From: Clostridia bacterium
GTDB lineage: Bacteria > Bacillota > Clostridia > UMGS1883 > UMGS1540
Direction of reading: 5' to 3'
DNA: 59,982 nt
Assembly: GCA_045648645.1 (NCBI GenBank)
Contig: JAZROH010000122.1
Span: 1 to 59,982 of the forward strand
Made by a program: the position numbers and the translations under genes. The first letter of the stretch is position 1. The number at the start of each line of letters is the position of its first letter. The notes under the pieces are model-generated. The model did not search any database. It was not told where the DNA came from and saw nothing but the letters and a program-made list of their open reading frames with translations. Shown here in pieces: positions 8,303 through 18,431 of this stretch.

Positions 8303-8985
8303 GCTGTTTCCTCCTTTCCGCTGTCGGAAAGAATTTTGCCGTCATGGATGCGAACAATACGGGGAAGCTCTGCGGCAATGGAATTATCATGGGTAATCAA
8401 AACGATGGTCGTGCCTTCCTTGTGCAGACTTTTCATAAAGTCCAGCACCTCGCGTCCCGTTTTGGAGTCCAGCGCGCCCGTAGGCTCATCCGCGAGAATA
8501 ACAGACGGTCGCCCTGCCAGAGCGCGGGCAATGGACACGCGTTGCTGCTGTCCGCCGGAAAGCTGGGAGGGTAGTTTTTTATACCGGTCCGCAATGCCGA
8601 CGCGTTCTAAGGCTTCCATAGCCATTTCCCGCCGCTGCGCGGCACTGATGCCCCGATAAAGAAGCGGCAGTTCCACGTTTTCCAGTATATTCAGCTTCGG
8701 AATCAAATTGTATTGCTGGAATACAAAGCCAAGCTTTTGGTTTCGTACATGAGCAAGCTCCTTTTCGTGCATGGTGCTTACATCCGTGCCGTCAAGATGA
8801 TATGTGCCGGAAGTAGGTACGTCCAGACAGCCGATAATATTCATGCAGGTGGATTTCCCTGAGCCGGAAGAACCGACAATGGCAACAAATTCGCCTTGTT
8901 TCACATGGAGAGAAATACCGTCGAGGGCGTGAATTTCGTTATCACCGTCGGAATAAATTTTATATACATCGGTTAATGTAATCAG
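8299..8985 (-). CDS. ABC transporter ATP-binding protein (MacB-type ATPase)
   Basis: Walker A GSSGSGKST, signature LSGGQQQR and Walker B ILADEP are present. Homology predicts the N-terminus at (L)ITLTDVYKIY, where only CTG or ATT codons exist after a GGGGGT RBS. Canonical GTG options are 9033 and 9048, so the start is uncertain. Confidence 0.8.
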   Translation of the reverse strand: MITLTDVYKIYSDGDNEIHALDGISLHVKQGEFVAIVGSSGSGKSTCMNIIGCLDVPTSGTYHLDGTDVSTMHEKELAHVRNQKLGFVFQQYNLIPKLNILENVELPLLYRGISAAQRREMAMEALERVGIADRYKKLPSQLSGGQQQRVSIARALAGRPSVILADEPTGALDSKTGREVLDFMKSLHKEGTTIVLITHDNSIAAELPRIVRIHDGKILSDSGKEETA

Positions 8986-9001
8986 AAGAATACCCCCAAT
9001 C

Positions 9002-10804
9002 TTAGCGACTGCCCATGCCGCCGCGGTTCCCACCGGACATGCCGCCACCCATGGGCATGCCGCCGCCCATAGGCATACCGCCCATCATACGTGTGTTGGC
9101 GGCATCACGGGTAAAGGCTACGGCAGAATTTGCATTTCCGGCAGAGGCGGGTAACAGTACCACATCGCCCTCGGAAAGCCCTGAGAGGACTTCGATATAG
9201 GTGCCGTCCGTAATACCGGTTTCAATGCGGACGTAGTGATACCCTTCCGGCGCTTCCATATTCATTGTGCGCTGTGCTGCTTTTTCCTTTACGCGCTCGG
9301 CTGCGCTTTCGATATTGGAAGCGTCAGAGGCGGACGTTTTGCCTTCGGGCATTGTACCGGCAGCCTCAGGTGCAGAGTTTTCCATACTGTCTTCGCCCTT
9401 TACGGCTACCATGTTTCCGCGGGAAATGGTAGAAGCGGGAATTAAAAGGATATCTTGTTTTTGTTCTACGATAACGGTGGCACTGACGTTCATACCGGGG
9501 ATGAGTGCGGCATTTTCTGCGCCGTCAAGCACAACGGTGACGGGATAGGCGGTAACGCCATTTGCAGTTGTACCAACAATGCTGACGTTATCCACGCGCC
9601 CCGTAAACATGCGACCGGGAACGGCGTCGGCGGTAATTTGCACCGATTGCCCTTCCTGTATGCTCGAAATGTCTAGTTCATCCACCGACATTTCAAATGT
9701 AAGAATAGACAGGTCTGCTATGATTGCCATAGAGGATGCATTGCCGCCGCTTCCGCTTTCAAGCTTATCACCAGCTTTCACGGTCTTCTGGATAACCTTT
9801 CCGGAAATGGGTGCTTTAATGCTGTAGTCCTCCAGTTGGTCGTAGGTATTTTCCAGACTGCGGACAGAATCGTTATACGAAAGGCGGCTGCGCTCGATGC
9901 TGCGGGTGGTAGAATCACTTTCCAAGGTGAAAAGAACGCTGCCGGCTTCAACGCGGTCCCCTGCTTTTACCGAAAGACCCGTAACATCACCGCCGGTTTT
10001 AACGGTGACGGTTTCGCGACCTTCGTATGTAAATGTACCGGCTTCATTGCAGGCATATGTACCAACGGTAGCTGTGGCGCGCGAGCCGTCCCCGATACCG
10101 CCGGGATTATCCACGAGAATTTCAACAGCCGAAACGGAAACACCAAGCGCACTGGTGGTGCTGCCCGAGGCTACGCTTTTTACAGTGCCTGAAAGCGTCT
10201 GAAACGGCGCGTTTTCCGGCACTACGGAAGCTATATCCCCGGGGAAGATATACTGTGCGTCTGCTGCGAGAAAGTTAAGCGTTAAAAGCATACGGTCGGA
10301 ATTTATAATTTCCGCTACCTGTTTGCCGCCGGAAACTTCATCTCCTTCTTTTACGGAAAGAGAGGAAATAACGCCGCTGATGGGGGATTTTATCGTCATG
10401 TTTTCAAGCGTTTCCAGAGATTCCTCATAGGAAAGCCGTGCCGACTGTACGCCTGATTCTGCCTTTTCGATATTAAAATCCAGATTTGTACTGTCAATCA
10501 CATAGAGAAGGTCGTCCTTGTTTACCATGTCCCCCTCTTCAAAGGTATCCGACAAAACCTCACCGGTTACGAGAGAACTGATAGTATATTGGTCGTTTGC
10601 CTCAATAACCCCGCTTCCCTCAATCGTTTTAGTGATAGAGCCACGGGTGACGGTGGCGGTAGTCTGTGCCTGCGCACTTTCCCCTTTAAGGCGCGGGCGC
10701 ACAATAAAAAAGGCGGCAACCGCAACGACGAGAAGGGCGGCAACCAGAATAATCCAGATTTTTTTGCCGAGCTTCTTTTTGGGCTTTGCATATGTTGTTT
10801 CCAT
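9002..10804 (-). CDS. efflux transporter periplasmic adaptor (HlyD/MacA family) with Gly/Met-rich C-terminal tail
   Basis: 600-aa ORF with an N-terminal TM anchor and lipoyl/barrel-sandwich-like repeats. It sits directly upstream of the MacB-like ATPase and permease. Confidence 0.75.
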   Translation of the reverse strand: METTYAKPKKKLGKKIWIILVAALLVVAVAAFFIVRPRLKGESAQAQTTATVTRGSITKTIEGSGVIEANDQYTISSLVTGEVLSDTFEEGDMVNKDDLLYVIDSTNLDFNIEKAESGVQSARLSYEESLETLENMTIKSPISGVISSLSVKEGDEVSGGKQVAEIINSDRMLLTLNFLAADAQYIFPGDIASVVPENAPFQTLSGTVKSVASGSTTSALGVSVSAVEILVDNPGGIGDGSRATATVGTYACNEAGTFTYEGRETVTVKTGGDVTGLSVKAGDRVEAGSVLFTLESDSTTRSIERSRLSYNDSVRSLENTYDQLEDYSIKAPISGKVIQKTVKAGDKLESGSGGNASSMAIIADLSILTFEMSVDELDISSIQEGQSVQITADAVPGRMFTGRVDNVSIVGTTANGVTAYPVTVVLDGAENAALIPGMNVSATVIVEQKQDILLIPASTISRGNMVAVKGEDSMENSAPEAAGTMPEGKTSASDASNIESAAERVKEKAAQRTMNMEAPEGYHYVRIETGITDGTYIEVLSGLSEGDVVLLPASAGNANSAVAFTRDAANTRMMGGMPMGGGMPMGGGMSGGNRGGMGSR

Positions 10805-10918
10805 ATATGTACCTCCTTGTATTTGACGCAGTTATCGTACTGCAAAAATCTCCTTCTGTCAATGGAAAATACGTAACATTTCCATTTTGTTTAAAGGAGA
10901 TTTACAAATTATTCATTT

Positions 10919-11692
10919 TTAAAAGCGGAATGTTACAAAAAGCCGTCCCTTTCGACTGGTACCGCCTGTTTCTTCCAGAATAAAGCGTCCTTTGCCCTGC
11001 CAGCGAAGCTTATCCCCTATGGACAGCTGCTTGTCACCTTTTAATAGCGGCAGATTATTACAGTACACTTTTTGTGCACGAATCGCATCCTGCGCGAGGG
11101 TGCGGGAAACAGAAAATGCGGCGGCAAGCACAGCATCGGCACGGAGCGAGGCGAGGGATGCCGTTTTGTATATGGGCTCTTTTTCGGGAATAGAAAGGGA
11201 AGAAATGGGAAGGGCGGAAACAGAAAGGTGTACGCGGCCTGCACTTTGATAGTTTGCCGCAAAAAAATCGGCAAGCGTGGCGCGCACAATAAGCTGTGCA
11301 CCATCCTCTTCTACCAGAATATCTCCTACCCCAGCTCTGTCAACGCCAAGCCCTAAAATGCTGCCCAGATAATCCCGATGTCCGGGCGGACGGGTATCGC
11401 GGTGCATAGCCTTAATAATGCAAAGCGCGTCTTCGGGCGGGGCTTCCATATAGTCCGGAAGAAAAAAGAGCATTTTCCGTTCTGCATCTTCGTAGCCGCC
11501 CCAAAGCGTGGGTCTGACGGTAAGATGCGGTACAAGGGATAAAACGAGCGCCTGCTGGCGCGGGTCCAGAAAATCTGTTTCTACGGGAATGTTTTTATGT
11601 AAGCATACGGCTTCTCTATCCAGTATATGAGCAAGAAGCATTTTATCTTCGTTGTTTTTTGCGTATTTCGCAAGGATTTCGGTTTTTTGCAT
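10919..11692 (-). CDS. ylmH: YlmH-like RNA-binding S4 domain protein
   Basis: 257 aa. DFLDPRQQ, GGYEDAERK and the C-terminal S4 region (LRADAV...) align with my recollection of B. subtilis YlmH. Confidence 0.75.
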   Translation of the reverse strand: MQKTEILAKYAKNNEDKMLLAHILDREAVCLHKNIPVETDFLDPRQQALVLSLVPHLTVRPTLWGGYEDAERKMLFFLPDYMEAPPEDALCIIKAMHRDTRPPGHRDYLGSILGLGVDRAGVGDILVEEDGAQLIVRATLADFFAANYQSAGRVHLSVSALPISSLSIPEKEPIYKTASLASLRADAVLAAAFSVSRTLAQDAIRAQKVYCNNLPLLKGDKQLSIGDKLRWQGKGRFILEETGGTSRKGRLFVTFRF

Positions 11693-11958
11693 AGTTTACC
11701 TTCTTTCTGTACCAGTATAGCATATTCCGAAGAAAAAAGCAATTCTTTTTCCGGTGACGGGGGAGAGGCAAAGGGCGGGCGCAAGATTTGGAAGAAGAAC
11801 ATTTTTTGTATACCATCCCTTGTAAGAAATATGGTTTTGTAACCGTTTTGTAAAAATAATACTGGTATTTTGTAATCGAAACTGCTATAATATTTCTTGA
11901 CGGGCGGCCAGCGGTCGCCCGTCGAAGCGCGATGCTGAAAAAGGAAAAGGAGCAAGCC

Positions 11959-12954
11959 ATGGTTAAATACAAGATTTCAGGCTCGGTAGGGCTTCCGGCA
12001 TTTCCGGTTGCCAGTGCCTTTGTAGATAAATATATGGTAGAAGCGAATGCCACGTTTGTAAAAGTGTATCTTTACGGGCTTCGGCTTTGCTATGCTGTGG
12101 GAACAAAGCCCGACAGTGCGCATATTGCTGAGGCGCTTGACCTTTTGGAATCGGATGTTATACAGGCATGGCGGTATTGGGAAAAAAAGGGTGTTATTCG
12201 AAGAGACCCTGACGGCGGCATTGAATTTGTCGACCTTACCATGGAATCCCCTGCCCCGCCACAGGTGCAGGAAAAGCCTCAATATAAAGCGCGGGATATT
12301 GCCGCGGCGGTGACGGAAGACAGAAAAATGGCAACCCTTCTGGATTTTGCCCAGAATGTTTTCGGGAAAACATTGGGGACGGCGGAAGCGGGTACGCTCT
12401 TTAGCTTTTATGAATGGCTGAAATTGCCCCTTGAGGTTATCATGATGCTTTTGGAGCATTGCGCGGCGCTGGAAAAATACAGCATGCGCTATGCGGAAAA
12501 GATTGCAATTGCATGGGCGGATGAGGGAATTAACACAATTGAAAAAGCGGAAAAGCATTTGCAAAATGCAGATAAAAGGGCAAAGCTTTCCCGAAAATAT
12601 AAGCGGATGCTCGGCATTACGGGACGCGACCTTTCCGATGCCGAATATGCACATATTTTGCAGTGGACGGAAGAAATGCAGATGCCGCAGGAACTGATTA
12701 AAACGGCATACGAAAAAGCGGTACTCGCCACGGGACAGGCTTCTTTCCCGTACATAAATGCAATTTTGCAGTCCTGGCATAAGCAGGGCATTGCGTCTAT
12801 TTCGGAGCTTTCCAGAGATACGGCACCTGCGCCCGTGCAAAAGACACAGCAGAAGAAAACAAATGCTTTTATAAATTATGAACAGACCGCGGTGTATGAT
12901 TTTGAGGAAATTGAACGCCGTGCACTTGAAAAAAGGATAAACGAGTATGGATGA
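11959..12954 (+). CDS. DnaD/DnaB_2 domain replication initiation/restart protein
   Basis: Contains two DnaD-C-like repeats (FYEWLKLPLEVIMMLLEHC...; ILQWTEEMQMPQELI...INAILQSWHKQGI). ATG 11959 follows the RBS AAAGGAG. Confidence 0.7.
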   Translation: MVKYKISGSVGLPAFPVASAFVDKYMVEANATFVKVYLYGLRLCYAVGTKPDSAHIAEALDLLESDVIQAWRYWEKKGVIRRDPDGGIEFVDLTMESPAPPQVQEKPQYKARDIAAAVTEDRKMATLLDFAQNVFGKTLGTAEAGTLFSFYEWLKLPLEVIMMLLEHCAALEKYSMRYAEKIAIAWADEGINTIEKAEKHLQNADKRAKLSRKYKRMLGITGRDLSDAEYAHILQWTEEMQMPQELIKTAYEKAVLATGQASFPYINAILQSWHKQGIASISELSRDTAPAPVQKTQQKKTNAFINYEQTAVYDFEEIERRALEKRINEYG

Positions 12955-13921
12955 GAAAAGCCTTGCAGGGGTAAACCGAAAATTTAATGAAAGAAAGAAA
13001 AAACGGGAAGCCCTTCTGTCCATGCGGCGGGAAGAGGTATATCGTGCCATTCCCCGCATGCGGGAGATAGATGATGCGATTTTCGGCGGCGGTATGCGCA
13101 TGCTTTCCGCTGTTTGGGACGGGACGGGTACGCCCGAGGCAGTTGCAGAGGAATATGCCCGCGAAACGGCAAAGTATGCGGCGGAAAAGCGGGTGCTTTT
13201 AAAAGAGGCGGGCTTTGAAAAAGACTATCTGGACGTGCCGTACACCTGTGCACATTGCAAGGATACGGGGCTTCGGGATGGCAAATTATGCAGCTGCTAT
13301 CTTACCCTTTTGACGGAGGCTTTAGCCGCAGAATCCGGCATGGGCAAGCTTTTGCAAAAGCAGACCTTTGATGCCTTTGATATAAATTATTATGCCGATG
13401 CGCCCACAGAAGGACAACGGCTTTCGCCCCGAAAAAATATGCAGTCTATTGTGAATGTCTGCCGTGAATTTGCGCGAAATTTTGAAAAGCATACGGACAG
13501 CCTTCTCTTTTACGGCAATCCCGGTCTTGGTAAAACCTTTTTATCAAGTGCAATTGCAAACGAGCTTTTGCGGCGCGGGATTTCCGTTTTCTATCAAAGC
13601 GCAGGGCAGATTGCCGAAATTCTTTCCGATGCCCGATTCGGCAGGGGGGATGAGGCGCGTACCCTTTTAAAGGAACAGCTTTTAAAAGCGGATTTATTGA
13701 TTATTGATGATTTGGGCACGGAATTTATAAATTCCATGACGGATGCGGATATTTTCTATGTGGTGAATAGCCGCATTATGGCAGAAAAAAGCACAATTAT
13801 CAGCACGAATTTACAGCTTGCGGATATCGGGCGTTTGTATTCCGACCGTATGCTTTCCCGTGTGTTAGGACATTTTACAAAGCTGCATTTTTACGGTACG
13901 GATATAAGGAGTATGCGGTAA
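12947..13921 (+). CDS. DnaC/DnaI-like helicase loader (IstB-like AAA+ ATPase)
   Basis: Walker A GNPGLGKTF, Walker B LLIIDDLG and an N-terminal Cys cluster CAHCKDTG..CSC are present. It overlaps the upstream dnaD-like gene. Confidence 0.75.
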   Translation: MDEKSLAGVNRKFNERKKKREALLSMRREEVYRAIPRMREIDDAIFGGGMRMLSAVWDGTGTPEAVAEEYARETAKYAAEKRVLLKEAGFEKDYLDVPYTCAHCKDTGLRDGKLCSCYLTLLTEALAAESGMGKLLQKQTFDAFDINYYADAPTEGQRLSPRKNMQSIVNVCREFARNFEKHTDSLLFYGNPGLGKTFLSSAIANELLRRGISVFYQSAGQIAEILSDARFGRGDEARTLLKEQLLKADLLIIDDLGTEFINSMTDADIFYVVNSRIMAEKSTIISTNLQLADIGRLYSDRMLSRVLGHFTKLHFYGTDIRSMR

Positions 13922-14460
13922 TGTACACATTTACAGAGCCATCAGAGGTAAAGCTGATTATCTTATATATTATCCAAAACTTCGGGGAAGCCATTGATAA
14001 CGGGCAGATTACCGATATTTTTATGGACTACGAATTTGTGGATTATTTTACGATGCAGCAGTATCTGGACGAATTGGTAGAGAAAAAACTGGTGGATATA
14101 GATTTGCAGGATGGCGTGCGGCTTTATTTTCTCACGCATCACGGCAAGGATGCCTACGAAACCTATATTAAAAAAATTCCGGTTTCCGTGCGTGAAAAGC
14201 TGCTGCTGACCATTCGCGCATATAAAAAACGGGAGAGAAACGAGGCGGATATTTCCGCATCCTTCCGCCCTTTAAATGAGCTTTCCTATGCGGCGGAGCT
14301 TTCCATTCGGGAAAGCGGCTTTCCGCTCCTTGATATCCGCATGAGCGTGGGGTCAAAGGAAACGGCAAGAGAGGTTTGCAGAAGATTTCGGGAAGACCCC
14401 CAGAAAACGTATGCGGCACTTTTGGAAATCCTGACCGCGCAAGAAAAGGACGAAGAATAA
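13921..14460 (+). CDS. hypothetical protein (DUF4364-like)
   Basis: 179-aa ORF whose ATG overlaps the TAA of the upstream gene. The family assignment is from memory only. Confidence 0.45.
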   Translation: MYTFTEPSEVKLIILYIIQNFGEAIDNGQITDIFMDYEFVDYFTMQQYLDELVEKKLVDIDLQDGVRLYFLTHHGKDAYETYIKKIPVSVREKLLLTIRAYKKRERNEADISASFRPLNELSYAAELSIRESGFPLLDIRMSVGSKETAREVCRRFREDPQKTYAALLEILTAQEKDEE

Positions 14461-14468
14461 CGAATAGT

Positions 14469-14499
14469 AAAAAGCCGAGGAACAATCCTCGGCTTTTTC
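14469..14499. terminator. bidirectional intrinsic terminator between convergent genes
   Basis: AAAAGCCGAGG-aacaat-CCTCGGCTTTT with A/T runs on both sides. Confidence 0.75.
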
Positions 14500-14511
14500 T
14501 ATAATTTTTCT

Positions 14512-16020
14512 TTATTTTACAATTAAGCTTTCGCCTGTCATTTCTTCCGGTTTTTCCAGATGCATAAGCTCGAGCATGGTCGGTGCAATATCTGCAAGGC
14601 GACCGTCTTTGCGAAGCGCTACGTTTCCTGCGCCCGCCACGAGAAGGGGAACGGGGTTTGTGGTGTGTGCGGTGAAGGGGCTGCCGTCTTCGGCGTACAT
14701 GCAATCTGCATTGCCGTGGTCAGCCGTTACAAGCGCGATACCGCCCTTTGCCAAAATGGCATCTACAACTTCGCCCACGCAGGCATCCACAGTTTCTACT
14801 GCGCGCACGGCACAGTCAAACACACCGGTGTGCCCAACCATGTCACAGTTTGCAAAGTTTAAGATGATAACATCCTGCTCGGTAAGACGGGCAAGAACAG
14901 CATCTTTAACTTCTACTGCGCTCATTTCAGGTTTCAAATCGTAGGTAGCAACCTTGGGAGAAGGAATCAGAACGCGGTCTTCGCCTTCGGCTGTTTTTTC
15001 TACGCCGCCGTTAAAGAAAAACGTAACGTGTGCATATTTTTCCGTTTCGGCAATGCGAAGCTGTGTGTAGCCCTTTTCGGAAATATAATCTCCAAAGGTG
15101 TTTGTCAGCTTCTGGGGTTTGAAAGCTACATCTACGTTCGGCATGGTTGCATCATACTGCGTCATGCAGATGTAGGTGAGGGGGAAGAACTTGCGGGTAA
15201 AACCGCTGAAATCCGGGTCCACAAAGGCGCGGGTGATTTCACGGGCGCGGTCGGGGCGGAAGTTGAAGAAGATAACGCTGTCATTTTTCTCAATCTTACC
15301 GGCGTCTGTGGTGGCGGGAACGATAAATTCGTCCGTAACCTCTTCTTCGTAGGAAACGCGTACATATTCAGCAGGGTTTTCAATCTTTTTGCCCTTACCG
15401 CGGGTCATAACCTCGTATGCTTTTTCTACTCTGTCCCAACGGTTGTCGCGATCCATGGCGTAATACCGACCCATAACGGTGGCAATTTCGCCAACGCCGA
15501 TACGCTTCATTTCGGCTTCAAGGGCTTCTATGTAGCCGGCACCGGAGGTGGGGGATACGTCACGTCCGTCGAGGAGGGCGTGTACATACACCTTGGTAAG
15601 ACCATGGCGCTTTGCCATTTCGAGCAAACCATACAGGTGTGTGATATGGCTGTGCACACCGCCATCGGACAAAAGCCCGATAAGGTGGAGCGCAGAGCGG
15701 TTTTCCTTGCAGTTTTCCATGGCGGAGAGAAGGGCGCTGTTTTCAAAAAAATCGCCGTCTGCAATGGATTTTGTGATACGGGTCAGTTCCTGATATACAA
15801 TTCTTCCGGCACCGATATTTGTGTGACCGACTTCGGAATTACCCATTTGTCCTTCGGGCAGACCTACGTCCATACCGCTTGCCTGAATGTCTGTGTGCGG
15901 GTAGGCGGCGAAAAGACGGTCGATGTTCGGGGTGTTTGCTTTTGCGATTGCGTTGCCGGCATTTGCGGGCGCTGTGGCAAAGCCATCCATGATGATCAGC
16001 GCCATGAGTTGTTTATCCAA
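14512..16020 (-). CDS. gpmI: 2,3-bisphosphoglycerate-independent phosphoglycerate mutase
   Basis: 502 aa. MGNSEVGHTNIGAGR and the C-terminal ADHGNA motif are characteristic. Confidence 0.95.
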   Translation of the reverse strand: MDKQLMALIIMDGFATAPANAGNAIAKANTPNIDRLFAAYPHTDIQASGMDVGLPEGQMGNSEVGHTNIGAGRIVYQELTRITKSIADGDFFENSALLSAMENCKENRSALHLIGLLSDGGVHSHITHLYGLLEMAKRHGLTKVYVHALLDGRDVSPTSGAGYIEALEAEMKRIGVGEIATVMGRYYAMDRDNRWDRVEKAYEVMTRGKGKKIENPAEYVRVSYEEEVTDEFIVPATTDAGKIEKNDSVIFFNFRPDRAREITRAFVDPDFSGFTRKFFPLTYICMTQYDATMPNVDVAFKPQKLTNTFGDYISEKGYTQLRIAETEKYAHVTFFFNGGVEKTAEGEDRVLIPSPKVATYDLKPEMSAVEVKDAVLARLTEQDVIILNFANCDMVGHTGVFDCAVRAVETVDACVGEVVDAILAKGGIALVTADHGNADCMYAEDGSPFTAHTTNPVPLLVAGAGNVALRKDGRLADIAPTMLELMHLEKPEEMTGESLIVK

Positions 16021-16048
16021 AATTACTCTTCCTTTCTATTAAGATGTC

Positions 16049-16270
16049 AAAAAATGCACATACCGCACAAAGCAAATTTTTTTTAAAACCATTCGAAAAT
16101 AAGTTCCGAAGAGAAAATGTAAAATTCGTTTAAACGAATTTTCTTTTTTTGTTGCTTTGTGCTTTGAACAAACTTCACCGCTCGACGTACCTATGTACGC
16201 CTTCGGGCACGGTAAAACAGGGCGTTTACGCCCTGTTTTACTTCAGTTTGTCCAATCTGCACTATTTTTT
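16049..16270 (-). repeat. unclassified structured intergenic element, copy B (inside the tpiA-gpmI spacer)
   Basis: The reverse complement aligns block-for-block with copy A. The hairpin sequences differ but remain self-complementary. Confidence 0.85.
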
Positions 16271-16297
16271 TACATCCTTATGCATTCCTTGCTCAAA

Positions 16298-17047
16298 TTA
16301 GCTGTTGGCGATGACGGTGAAGTCGTCTGCCTTAAGGCTTGCACCGCCGACAAGACCGCCGTCGATATCGCTGCAAGCAAAGAGTGCTTCGGAGTTGCCT
16401 GCGTTTACGCTGCCGCCGTAGAGAATGCGGATTTTATCTGCAACTTCTGCACCGTACAGTTCGGAAACGAGAACACGGATTGCAGCACAAACTTCATTTG
16501 CCTGTTCGTTTGTGGCGGTAACGCCTGTACCGATAGCCCAAATGGGTTCGTAGGCAATAACGAGGGATGCAGCTGCATCTGCGGGAACATCCTTTAATGC
16601 CTTCTTCATCTGCATGCGAATCCATTCGATGGTGATACCGTCTTCGCGCTGTGCAAGAGTTTCGCCACAGCAGATAACGGGGCAAAGACCGTATTCGAGG
16701 GCTTTTAAAACCTTCTTGTTTACGGTTTCATCGGTTTCGCCAAAATATTCACGTCTTTCGGAGTGACCGATAATAACATGGGTAACACCCATTTCGCGAA
16801 GCATGCCGGGGGCTACTTCACCGGTGAATGCGCCTTTATCTTCAAAATACATGTTCTGTGCGCCAACCATGATTTTGGTACCTTCTGCAGCTTTGAGTAC
16901 TGCATCGAGGCAAACGTACGGCGGGCAAACGAGAACATCGTTTTTAGCGTTTGCTGCCTTTGCGGCTAAATCCTTCATAAGTTCTGCGGCTTCTGCGGGG
17001 GTTTTATTCATCTTCCAGTTGCCGGCTGCGAGTTTTGTTCTGCTCAT
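16298..17047 (-). CDS. tpiA: triose-phosphate isomerase
   Basis: 249 aa with [15 protein letters not shown] and [10 protein letters not shown] motifs. Confidence 0.95.
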   Translation of the reverse strand: MSRTKLAAGNWKMNKTPAEAAELMKDLAAKAANAKNDVLVCPPYVCLDAVLKAAEGTKIMVGAQNMYFEDKGAFTGEVAPGMLREMGVTHVIIGHSERREYFGETDETVNKKVLKALEYGLCPVICCGETLAQREDGITIEWIRMQMKKALKDVPADAAASLVIAYEPIWAIGTGVTATNEQANEVCAAIRVLVSELYGAEVADKIRILYGGSVNAGNSEALFACSDIDGGLVGGASLKADDFTVIANS

Positions 17048-17071
17048 TGTATTTCTTTCCTTTCTTACTTC

Positions 17072-18268
17072 TTATTTATCTTCGAGGCATGCGATACCCG
17101 GCAGGATTTTACCTTCTAAAAATTCGAGGGATGCGCCGCCACCTGTGGAAATGTGTGTCATTTTATCAGCAAAGCCAAGCTGTTCAACGGCAGCTGCGCT
17201 GTCACCGCCGCCGATGATGGTAACTGCATCGGTTTCGGCAAGTGCTTTTGCAATTGCAATGGTACCCTTTGCAAGTACCGGATTTTCAAATACACCCATA
17301 GGTCCGTTCCAAACAACGGTTTTTGCAGTCTTTACAGCCTCTGCAAAGAGAGCCTGTGTCTTCGGACCGATATCAAGACCCATCTGGTCTGCGGGAATCG
17401 CATCTGCATCGGCTGCGGAAACTGCGATTTCAGCTGTAATCGGGTCAGGGAATGCAGGGGCAACCATGGTATCAACGGGCAGAAGAAGTTCTACGCCGTT
17501 TGCTGCAGCTTTTGAGAGAAGGTCTTTTGCAAGGTCAAGCTTTTCAGCATCAAAGAGAGAAGTACCGATTTCATAGCCTTTTGCCTTGAGGAAGGTGTAT
17601 GCCATGCCGCCGTCGATGATAAGCTTGTCTACCTTACCGATTAAGTTTTCGATAACAGCAATCTTATCGGAAACCTTAGCACCGCCGAGGATGGCAACAA
17701 AGGGACGTTCGGGATTGGAAAGAGCCTTGCCCATAACGTCAAGCTCTTTCTGAATGAGGTAACCGCATACTGCCGGGAGATAATCGGCAACGCCTGCGGT
17801 GGAAGCGTGGGCGCGATGTGCCGTGCCGAATGCATCGTTTACATAAATTTCTGCAAGAGAAGCCAGTTCCTTGGAAAATGCTGCGTCGTTCTTTTCTTCT
17901 TCCTTGTGGTAACGAACGTTTTCGAGAAGAACAACGTCACCGTCTGCCATAGCGGCAACCAGTGCCTTTGCGCTGTCGCCGATAACATCTTCTGCCATTT
18001 TTACTTCTTTGCCGAGGTGCTCGGAAAGACGCTTTGCAACAGGTGCAAGGCTGTATTTGGGGTTCACTTCGCCCTTCGGACGGCCAAGGTGCGAGCAGAG
18101 AATTACGCGTGCACCGTTTTCAACCAAATACTTAATTGTGGGCAGAGCGCCGAGAATTCTGGTTTCGTCCGTAATGTTCTTATCTGCATCAAGCGGTACG
18201 TTAAAATCACAGCGGACAAGAACTTTTTTGCCGTTTACGGCAATGGATTCAATGTTTTTCTTGTTCAT
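17072..18268 (-). CDS. pgk: phosphoglycerate kinase
   Basis: 398 aa with [18 protein letters not shown] and GGGDSAAA motifs. Confidence 0.95.
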   Translation of the reverse strand: MNKKNIESIAVNGKKVLVRCDFNVPLDADKNITDETRILGALPTIKYLVENGARVILCSHLGRPKGEVNPKYSLAPVAKRLSEHLGKEVKMAEDVIGDSAKALVAAMADGDVVLLENVRYHKEEEKNDAAFSKELASLAEIYVNDAFGTAHRAHASTAGVADYLPAVCGYLIQKELDVMGKALSNPERPFVAILGGAKVSDKIAVIENLIGKVDKLIIDGGMAYTFLKAKGYEIGTSLFDAEKLDLAKDLLSKAAANGVELLLPVDTMVAPAFPDPITAEIAVSAADADAIPADQMGLDIGPKTQALFAEAVKTAKTVVWNGPMGVFENPVLAKGTIAIAKALAETDAVTIIGGGDSAAAVEQLGFADKMTHISTGGGASLEFLEGKILPGIACLEDK

Positions 18269-18378
18269 AGTATTTCACTCCTACTAAAATTTACTTACTA
18301 TTTTACAACAAAAATCCCTTGAAATCAAGTGAAATTTGAAAAAAATAGAAAATAGTAGAAAAATTATTTTTTCCGTTC

Positions 18379-18407
18379 TTGACAGGGGGATGTTTTCTCG
18401 GTATAAT
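18379..18407 (+). promoter_or_regulatory. sigma-A type promoter upstream of recA
   Basis: TTGACA (18379-18384), 17 nt, TATAAT (18402-18407). Confidence 0.55.
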
Positions 18408-18431
18408 AATGTAAGATAAGGAGTGTTTATT

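Noticed and set aside
9015-9200. Plus-strand ORF MPPRFPPDMPPPMGMPPPIGIPP.
   Set aside because: It is the antisense reading of the Gly/Met-rich repeat at the adaptor C-terminus, so it is an artefact of the repeat composition.
15028-16086. Large antisense ORFs opposite well-identified genes. Examples are 15028-16086, 19847-20809, 22111-23052, 31015-32055, 11977-13101, 23395-24318, 40801-41487 and 49881-50783.
   Set aside because: Each lies fully opposite a gene with unmistakable family motifs. Their translations are Cys/Arg/His-rich and lack recognisable domains.
18340-18431. LexA (Cheo-type GAAC-N4-GTTC) box upstream of recA.
   Set aside because: Only a half-site-like CGTTC and an A/T-rich pseudo-palindrome (GAAAAATTATTTTTTC) are present. 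There is no convincing full operator.
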